A DNA stretch of 55,077 bases. Origin: a virus (lineage: Duplodnaviria > Caudoviricetes). The stretch is from IMG/VR virus record IMGVR_UViG_3300027676_000003, positions 1-55,077 of that record. One strand, 5' to 3'. The notes beneath the pieces are model-generated. The model was not told the origin of the DNA. It made no database searches and worked only from the letters and a program-made list of their open reading frames with translations. The translations under genes and the position numbers were made by a program. Every line of letters starts with the position of its first letter. Position 1 is the first letter of the stretch. This document shows positions 48,365 to 55,077 of the stretch, in pieces.

Positions 48365-49588
48365 TTATTCCATGAACCGCTGAAACTGCCGGTAGCAACG
48401 AAGCACAGGGCGGCCGGGTTTATCGTCCTGACCAGTAGCACCGAGGCGCACGCTGAAGAGTCCCTGGAAATAGCGCGGGAATCCGTTCTTCATATCCAGA
48501 TCCACTTCCGCGAATGTCTCAGCGAATAGCTCCCTGCTTGTAAGAGTTTGGGCTAGGGTTTCCAACGCCTTCGAATAACCGGCGTTCAATATGGTGATGG
48601 CACTCTTCTTGTCATAAGGATTCGGCATGCGGGTGACCACGCAGAACACGATTTTGTCGGGCCTTGGGTCATAGCGAATTGTCAGATTGCCATCAGAGAC
48701 AGTGGCACCATACCTGTCCGCCAGGACGGCCCTTTCCTTCTCCGTGTATCCGATCACTTCCAAGGTGCGGAAGTCCTGCTTATCGACAAAATATCCGAAT
48801 CGGCCATACTGATGCAGCATAGTAAGCTCCGCCAGTATCTTGCTGGTCCGGACACTGCCCAGCACAATCGGTGAACACCCGGAGAGGTCCGAGAAGTCGC
48901 GCATTAGCCGGCTGACTAAAGAATTCACTTTCATTCCGTATTCATCGGCAAACCAACCTGCAATCCGATCCCGCGCCGCTATTTCCCCGCTCAACGTGTA
49001 AAGGTGACAAGGATGAAGGTTCTCCGCCGCTTCATTCCGGAACAGTCGTTGCAGCTCATCGCTTGCGCCTTTGAACGACTTCTCGCCCTCACCCGTTTCA
49101 ACTTGTGGCACCCGCAGTACCGTTCCGCGAACGTCATCGCGGTAAAACATAGGCTCGTCGTATACGATAGTGACGGGTCTAGCGGGTTCGAGATGGCCAT
49201 ACCAGAAGTGATGATCTGCTCCCCTCATTGCGCGAATATTGACCACGCGCAACTGATATCCTGATCTATCCGCCGGTGGCAGGAAGAAGCGCCAGTCACC
49301 CTTCACAACGTCGTTGTCTGCATATTCGATTAGAGACTGTCGTACGTGGCCGCACAGCTTTCTCACCTTACTGTTGTCTACCTTTGTGCCGTCTTCGATA
49401 CCGAAATGCTCAATGGCTATGTCAACCTCCGTTAGCCGCGTGGACCGATGTTCATACAGGTAGCGCAGTAACTCCATGCGTTGCGGAGCACCGCTAAAGA
49501 ACCGCGACCCTCCAATATTCTCCAGCACCTGCCTTTGTTCCAGCTCTTCACCGGACACTATGTCCCTTGGGGCGTCAGACATAAACAT
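48365..49588 (-). CDS. probable regulator with N-terminal winged-helix domain of a type common in Acidobacteria
   Basis: S..F....LLRYL.EH...E..IAIE.FG...VR.....VR..L.EY pattern; GAGGAGG RBS. Confidence 0.65.
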   Translation of the reverse strand: MFMSDAPRDIVSGEELEQRQVLENIGGSRFFSGAPQRMELLRYLYEHRSTRLTEVDIAIEHFGIEDGTKVDNSKVRKLCGHVRQSLIEYADNDVVKGDWRFFLPPADRSGYQLRVVNIRAMRGADHHFWYGHLEPARPVTIVYDEPMFYRDDVRGTVLRVPQVETGEGEKSFKGASDELQRLFRNEAAENLHPCHLYTLSGEIAARDRIAGWFADEYGMKVNSLVSRLMRDFSDLSGCSPIVLGSVRTSKILAELTMLHQYGRFGYFVDKQDFRTLEVIGYTEKERAVLADRYGATVSDGNLTIRYDPRPDKIVFCVVTRMPNPYDKKSAITILNAGYSKALETLAQTLTSRELFAETFAEVDLDMKNGFPRYFQGLFSVRLGATGQDDKPGRPVLRCYRQFQRFME

Positions 49589-49858
49589 CCTCCTCTCTGG
49601 AGATATTATCCATCAGTAGTCCACCGAAAATAACCCCAGATCACTCAACGCCACGGTATTCGGTTTGCTTTTCCCCCGCCAGAGGATTCACAATTCATTT
49701 CAAGGATGCTGTTCCTAGTAAATGACGAATCGTGATTACTAATACACAACCTCGTCAAGTGCGGCTTCCGCTGGGACAGACCTCGAACAAATAGGACGAA
49801 GCAACAGGGCGTTACGTTTCATGCGCTGGAGCTGCGCCCAAATGCAAAGGAGCGTTTT

Positions 49859-50272
49859 ATGAACGCATTCTGGAAGACGAATCTCATCACGGCCACCCTG
49901 CTTACTTCCGCAGTCGGCCAAACCGCTCAACCCCAAGAGCCCGCTCCACGGGCCTCTCCTGTTCAGACGACGGCACAGCCCCAACCGCTTCCGGACTGCC
50001 CACCAGGAACGAAGCCTAAAGCTGCCGGGATCGTTCCGCCATGGGTTCAGAGAAGGCTTAACCAACTAGCCGCCCAGAAGTGTTTGAAATACGGCATCTG
50101 TGTAGACCCCACCGCACCGCCCCCCGTGGTCATTGGAAAGGACCCGCAGACGGGAAAGGCGTGCCGGATCATGGTGGCGAAACCCCCGGCTACGCCGTCA
50201 TGTGTCACCGTAGTTCCGCAGCCCGGTCAGCCCCCCGTGACCGTCTGCGGCACGCCGCAATCAAGCAAATGA
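49859..50272 (+). CDS. secreted Pro/Cys-rich protein
   Basis: AAGGAG RBS, signal peptide. Confidence 0.7.
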   Translation: MNAFWKTNLITATLLTSAVGQTAQPQEPAPRASPVQTTAQPQPLPDCPPGTKPKAAGIVPPWVQRRLNQLAAQKCLKYGICVDPTAPPPVVIGKDPQTGKACRIMVAKPPATPSCVTVVPQPGQPPVTVCGTPQSSK

Positions 50273-50333
50273 ACTTGGTTCTTAGGGGCGCATGCCGGTA
50301 TGGATGCGCCCACTTTTCAGAAAAGGAGATCAC

Positions 50334-50894
50334 ATGAAGTCACTCATTATTTTCTCGATACTGGCCTGTAGTGGATTCGCACAGCGCTACGACTTTACGA
50401 CTTTGGTGCAGCCAGGCGACTCGATTGACGGCCACACCTTTACGTCCGATACCCGGATTGAAGCCGTCGCCCTGAACGACGACGGTGAAATAGCCTTTTT
50501 GGCCAGATGGTCGAATCCCCTGTTTGCCGAGAGAGCCCTGTTTACGGCCAAGCGTTTGGTTACTGGCGAGCAATTCGGCGAGCACGATTGCCGGACGATT
50601 CTTTTCATCCTGCCCGACTCAATTACGATACGCGGGGATCATGTTGCCTATCGCGCCTGGTACGAATCCTGCGACAGCCCTACCCGAAAGATCGGGCTGT
50701 TCCTTGATGACCACCTGATGACGAATGGGAACGACTCGCCTTTAGCCGCTCTCACAAACAATTTCATAATCCCGCTTTACGATCCCCCGAAACCGCCGAG
50801 CCCATTCGTGCGGAACTCCAAGGGCCAAATCTTGATCCCCGTAAACCTTGAGCGCGGCTTTCTGCTTCTACTGGGGACGCCGGTAACGCATTAA
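50334..50894 (+). CDS. secreted protein
   Basis: AAGGAG RBS; MKSLIIFSILACSGFA signal. Confidence 0.7.
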   Translation: MKSLIIFSILACSGFAQRYDFTTLVQPGDSIDGHTFTSDTRIEAVALNDDGEIAFLARWSNPLFAERALFTAKRLVTGEQFGEHDCRTILFILPDSITIRGDHVAYRAWYESCDSPTRKIGLFLDDHLMTNGNDSPLAALTNNFIIPLYDPPKPPSPFVRNSKGQILIPVNLERGFLLLLGTPVTH

Positions 50895-50948
50895 CGATTA
50901 ACCGGGCGCGCTGGCTCCCTTTATGGCCGCGCGCCCTTAAGGAGCTAT

Positions 50949-52397
50949 ATGGCAAAACCAGATCCCGTGCTAGACCGGCCCATTCTTTGGCTCTCCGACC
51001 GCGATGTTCTCACATTTAGATCGCTCATTGAGGGTGGGTGCCTAATAACTGGCGGGTTAGGTAGCGGTAAGTCTAGTACTAGCGGTAGGGCCTTAGCTCT
51101 TGGATTTCTCAGGGCGGGCCTTGGCGGGCTCGTGCTAACCGTGAAATCGGACGAAACACAGCACTGGAAAGAGTACGCCAAAATTTGTGGACGAGAACGC
51201 GATCTAATCATCTTCAACGCAGAAAGCGGCCTGATGTTTGATCCATTGGCTTATTGTTGGAATCAGCTCGGCAGGGCGGGCGGACTAATCGAATCGATAA
51301 TCGAGTTGTTCCTTACGCTTCTTGGTATCGGAAAGCAGCAGGTAAAAGACAGCAGCGAGGGGCGCTATTTCGAATTGGCGGTCGAAGAGTTGATGCGCTC
51401 GGCCCTCGTAATGCAATCGGCCACGAAGAAGCCGCCGTCCATCTTGAAACTCCACCAGATTATCTCATCGCTACCCAGCGAACCGGCGCAACTGGAAGAT
51501 CCGGATTGGCAACACAAGTCGGAGTGCGGGCAGCTCATATGCTTCATCCGCGATAACAAGGACTCTTTTACAGAGTCGCAATGGAAGGATATCGTTACAG
51601 CTCTCTCTTTCGTAGAGATGTGGTCATGGCTAGATCCAAGGACAAAGGGGAACATCCTCTCCACTTGGTCGGGAATGGCAAGTAAGTTCACGTACTCACC
51701 CTTAAGAGAACTGTTCTGCAGCGGAAGCTATAGCTTCACACCCGAGCAGATAACCCACGAACGCAAAATCATTATTCTCGATATTCCCGTACTCGAATTC
51801 AGCAGGGCCGTGGCGATTCTCTGCCAGGTCATGATCAAGATCGTCTTCCAGCGCGCATGGTTGAAACACCAGTATGCTTCCGGTTGCTGCAACGGCGCGT
51901 TTCTGTTTCAAGACGAGTTTTCCATGCTGATCCACCGATTGGAGAACCATTTCCATCAGGTCGTTCGCGGGAGCGCAATTGCGCCGGTGTGCCTTACACC
52001 CAATATCAACAACATCGCTGCCGACGAATTCGGCGAGCATTCCCCTGGATCGCGGACACTTGGATTCCTCGGGAATCTTTCCGTAAAAATCTTTCACTCT
52101 CAAACGGATATATCGACCTGTAAGTATGCTGCGGATTTGATCGGAAGTGAATATCGATACCTGGACTCCTTCAACGCCAGTTCGGCCGAAGGCGCTCGTG
52201 CAAGCGTCGGAGGCACGCAACACCTCGCGCATATCATCGAACCGATCGAATTAACAAGGCTTCTAAAACCCGACGGCGAGAACCCATGCGCCGAAGCAAT
52301 AGTTCATATGGCGGGCCGAACGTTCGAGGCCACTAAAACAGCAGCCAATCCGAAAGGGCTTAATTACCTGCGCGTGCTCTTCTCACGCGACATCTGA
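50949..52397 (+). CDS. type IV coupling protein-like ATPase (TraD/VirD4 family) without TM anchor
   Basis: GGLGSGKS Walker A, GGLVLTVK, IIILD.P, FLFQDEF Walker B, LGNL..KIFH, AADLIG. Confidence 0.85.
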   Translation: MAKPDPVLDRPILWLSDRDVLTFRSLIEGGCLITGGLGSGKSSTSGRALALGFLRAGLGGLVLTVKSDETQHWKEYAKICGRERDLIIFNAESGLMFDPLAYCWNQLGRAGGLIESIIELFLTLLGIGKQQVKDSSEGRYFELAVEELMRSALVMQSATKKPPSILKLHQIISSLPSEPAQLEDPDWQHKSECGQLICFIRDNKDSFTESQWKDIVTALSFVEMWSWLDPRTKGNILSTWSGMASKFTYSPLRELFCSGSYSFTPEQITHERKIIILDIPVLEFSRAVAILCQVMIKIVFQRAWLKHQYASGCCNGAFLFQDEFSMLIHRLENHFHQVVRGSAIAPVCLTPNINNIAADEFGEHSPGSRTLGFLGNLSVKIFHSQTDISTCKYAADLIGSEYRYLDSFNASSAEGARASVGGTQHLAHIIEPIELTRLLKPDGENPCAEAIVHMAGRTFEATKTAANPKGLNYLRVLFSRDI

Positions 52398-52412
52398 AAG
52401 GAGAACAACACT

Positions 52413-53213
52413 ATGATGCCGTCTCAAGCTAAATCGCAACCATCTGCTGGCGTTGATCACTGGCACGACCAGTATATCTACCTCGTCTATAACTTCTGCT
52501 CGATTGTCACGACGCCTCTGGAGCTGGCGATTCGCCCGTTCCAAGGAACTCGGTATGTGCCGCCACTAATTTTGCTGATGAGCGCGGCCCTGATGATCGT
52601 GCTTCCCGTCTTCGTGAGTTTTATCGGAGTCGTCGAGAATTTCATCCCATTCGTTCGACTCCATGCGTCTGCCGGGATGATCGGAATGTGGGGCCTCTCG
52701 AAGCTGTTCTTCCTCGGCTGCGTGGTTCAAAACGTCCGCAAATGGGGCTTGATGAACCATCCCGAAAGAGAACGCTACAGCTATTACGAAGGGCCGCCGC
52801 TCTTCATCTTCAACTGGCTGCCCAACCCCTCGTACGTCCGCGTGCGAATCGTTTACGAGCCGCTGTTTCTGCTCGCGCTCGCGATCATACTGCCCAACTT
52901 CCTTGTGATCGAACCAAGCGTCGCCAATTACCTCGTCTTCGCCTCGATGTTTCTGGCGATGAAAGGTTACGCGGAATGGTACATCGGCTGGGCATATTTG
53001 CGTGACGTTATGGATGCCCAGGCAATCGGCCCGGTGATAGCGGCCATCATCCAGAACCGCGCCACAGACGAACAACGCGCCGAGATCCACATGGCGGCGT
53101 TTCCCAAGGATACATCTCCGGACATCTGCCAGCGCGCATTATCCCATTTGGCGCGGTTATATCCGGTGGACAACAAATTCTCTCAAGGAGAAGAAGATGG
53201 AAAACACGACTAA
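52413..53213 (+). CDS. multi-pass membrane protein next to the coupling protein
   Basis: About 4 hydrophobic segments; AAGGAG RBS. Confidence 0.75.
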   Translation: MMPSQAKSQPSAGVDHWHDQYIYLVYNFCSIVTTPLELAIRPFQGTRYVPPLILLMSAALMIVLPVFVSFIGVVENFIPFVRLHASAGMIGMWGLSKLFFLGCVVQNVRKWGLMNHPERERYSYYEGPPLFIFNWLPNPSYVRVRIVYEPLFLLALAIILPNFLVIEPSVANYLVFASMFLAMKGYAEWYIGWAYLRDVMDAQAIGPVIAAIIQNRATDEQRAEIHMAAFPKDTSPDICQRALSHLARLYPVDNKFSQGEEDGKHD

Positions 53214-53826
53214 CAACCGCAAGAAAATATGGGTATGCGTAGGCATAGCCCTGGCACTCTATGTCGGCCGTAATTACTTCATGATGCAGTCGATGCAGCA
53301 AGAAAGGGCCGTGCGGATCATACACGCCCTACAGGGCCAGCTGCAACAGGCGAAGGCTGCTTCCTCGAATCCAGCCGCTCCCGCTGCCCTTAAACCCGCG
53401 CCGCCCGAGCTTACGGCGCTCGCGGGTAAATGGCAAGGCGGCTTAATGGTCCCCAAGCGCGGGATGTGCACGCTCAGCCTCGAAGTCGATCCCATCCGCG
53501 ACAAGGAGGGTCAGTTTTCCGGGTATTCGACGCTCGGATGTATCTTCAACACGACGCTGGATATGTTAACCCACAAGCCCGACCCTCAGGCCATGGTGGA
53601 GCGCATGGGGAAGGCCAACAGCCCCACCTCCGCGATTCTGAGCGGCCAGGTGAATGGCGGCGTCATCGCCTTCACGGCGGATAAGAACGTGGGAGTCTCC
53701 GAGGTTCCGGGAGCCTGCGACATGAAGTCCATCACGATCAGGCCCTTCGGTGTAAACCAGGTCGCCGTTGATTTTCAAAACCCGCCCTGCTCGGACGGAC
53801 AACTCGTCATGAGGAGGATGTGGTGA
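53197..53826 (+). CDS. single-pass membrane protein
   Basis: N-terminal TM, Cys-containing beta domain. Confidence 0.75.
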   Translation: MENTTNNRKKIWVCVGIALALYVGRNYFMMQSMQQERAVRIIHALQGQLQQAKAASSNPAAPAALKPAPPELTALAGKWQGGLMVPKRGMCTLSLEVDPIRDKEGQFSGYSTLGCIFNTTLDMLTHKPDPQAMVERMGKANSPTSAILSGQVNGGVIAFTADKNVGVSEVPGACDMKSITIRPFGVNQVAVDFQNPPCSDGQLVMRRMW

Positions 53827-54032
53827 ACGCCCTTCGCGCGCACGACTTCGTCATTCCCAAAGCCCCTGAGCCGGATCTCCGGGGCCTCAGGCGAATTCTC
53901 GCCATTTTCATCATCGGCGTTGTCGCCAGCGCCGTCGTCTGCGCCATTCTCCTGGTACGGGAAGCACGGCGGGGGCACACGCAGAGCGTACAGATCCCCT
54001 GCACCTGCATGGGCAGATGCCTGCGGCACTAA
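53820..54032 (+). CDS. small membrane protein
   Basis: One TM; GAGGAGG RBS. Confidence 0.5.
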   Translation: MVNALRAHDFVIPKAPEPDLRGLRRILAIFIIGVVASAVVCAILLVREARRGHTQSVQIPCTCMGRCLRH

Positions 54033-54041
54033 GGAGGAGCG

Positions 54042-54242
54042 ATGGACAAGCTCATCGACATCAACGAGCTTTCAAACCGGCTCAGCGTTCCCAAGGGTAC
54101 CCTTTACAACTGGGTCTATCTGCGCCGTATTCCGTTCATCAAGGCCGGCAGGTCCTTGCGGTTCGACCCAGACGAGGTGATCCAGTCGCTGCCCCACTGC
54201 GCTATGATCGGAGCGGCTGGCCAGAGGTGGAAAGGTCATTAA
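54042..54242 (+). CDS. xis: excisionase-like HTH protein
   Basis: LIDINELS..L.V..GTLYNWV....IPF.K.G..LRF; directly before the integrase. Confidence 0.85.
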   Translation: MDKLIDINELSNRLSVPKGTLYNWVYLRRIPFIKAGRSLRFDPDEVIQSLPHCAMIGAAGQRWKGH

Positions 54243-54243
54243 C

Positions 54244-55077
54244 ATGGCACTCTACCGACGAGGCCAATTCTGGTATGCAAGCTACAGCGCGGACGGACGA
54301 CGTATTCAGGAATCGACCGGAACCGCAAACCGGCGTGAGGCGGAGAAATTTCTTGCCTTGCGCGTTTCAGAAGTGCAGCGGGGCGTCTATGTCAAACCTG
54401 TCAACGTTCCGCTGCTCGAACTCTGGGAACGTTACATCGCCTATTCCAAGGCCCATAAACGTTCCTGGAAGCGTGACGAACAAATGTACGCGAAGCTGCA
54501 AGGATTCTTCGGGCCGGTGAATCTGGATTCCATCACGCCATTGCGGGTCGAGGACTTCCAGCAGCACCGCGTCCGGGAAGTCTCGCCGGCAACCGTAAAC
54601 CGCGAATGCGCCCTCCTTAAGCACATGTTCAACATCGCCGAGCGCTGGGGCATGCACCGCGGCTCGAATCCGGTCCGACTGGTAAAATTCCTGCCCGAGA
54701 ACAACCTTCAGTTTCAAACCATCAGCGAGGAAGACCAGCAGCGTCTTCTTGAAGCCTCGCCCCCGTATCTTCGGGAGCTGCTTCTATTCGCGGTAAACAC
54801 AGGCCTGAGGTGCGGCGACATTTTCGACCTGATGTGGGAGGAGGTGGATTTAGAGAAACAACGACTATCGATCATCATGGGGAAGACGCGCCGCAGGCTC
54901 GACGTACCGCTCAATGAGACCGCCTTTGCCGTGCTCGAAGCGAAGGCGGCGGCCAAGCACGGGCCATACGTCTTCTACAACCCGGTGACGGGTGATCGCT
55001 TCTACGATCTCAAGGCCGGATGGAAGGCGGCGATCCGGCGGGCAGGCCTCGCCAACCTGACCTGGCACACCCTACGG
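54244..55077 (+). CDS. int: tyrosine integrase, truncated by window end (not in ORF track)
   Basis: Hand translation MALYRRGQFWY...ESTGT...SPATVNR...NTGLRCGD...WHTLR, open to the end. Confidence 0.93.
   Translation, partial: MALYRRGQFWYASYSADGRRIQESTGTANRREAEKFLALRVSEVQRGVYVKPVNVPLLELWERYIAYSKAHKRSWKRDEQMYAKLQGFFGPVNLDSITPLRVEDFQQHRVREVSPATVNRECALLKHMFNIAERWGMHRGSNPVRLVKFLPENNLQFQTISEEDQQRLLEASPPYLRELLLFAVNTGLRCGDIFDLMWEEVDLEKQRLSIIMGKTRRRLDVPLNETAFAVLEAKAAAKHGPYVFYNPVTGDRFYDLKAGWKAAIRRAGLANLTWHTLR

Larger units (their letters stand above)
22445..55077. mobile_element. integrative mobilizable element-like region (boundaries not defined)
   Basis: Primase, ArdC, DarB-like, MobF relaxase, coupling protein, xis/int. 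Confidence 0.8.

Noticed and set aside
1-55077. CRISPR array, reverse transcriptase/DGR, IS transposase, att repeats, virion genes
   Set aside because: None recognised by eye; short att repeats could be missed without a repeat search

Overview
The window reads as a mosaic mobile element with no core chromosomal genes. From 1 to about 19.3 kb it is the early region of a lambdoid-type temperate phage. A cro/cI switch with five 16-bp operators separates two operons. The leftward operon has GIY-YIG-HTH, GapR/DUF2312, a variant initiator tRNA-Met, HNH, RusA, a PD-(D/E)XK protein, an SNF2 helicase and a ParB-like gene. The rightward operon has RecE/RecT, ExoX and three DNA methyltransferases, one encoded in two overlapping frames. 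At 19.3-22.2 kb is a convergent CBASS-type cassette (SLATT, CD-NTase with AGS-C domain, membrane protein). From 22.4 to 55 kb is an integrative/mobilizable element-like region. It carries a serine recombinase read in frame into a RepB-type primase, a DarB-like methylase-helicase, ArdC, a phosphoesterase/nucleotidyltransferase/HTH operon, a TIR protein, DUF736, a second phage-like run of small coupled ORFs, H-NS, a MobF relaxase, a coupling protein, an excisionase and a truncated tyrosine integrase. No virion genes and no mating-pair-formation genes are visible. All calls rest on motif recognition by eye; no searches were run.
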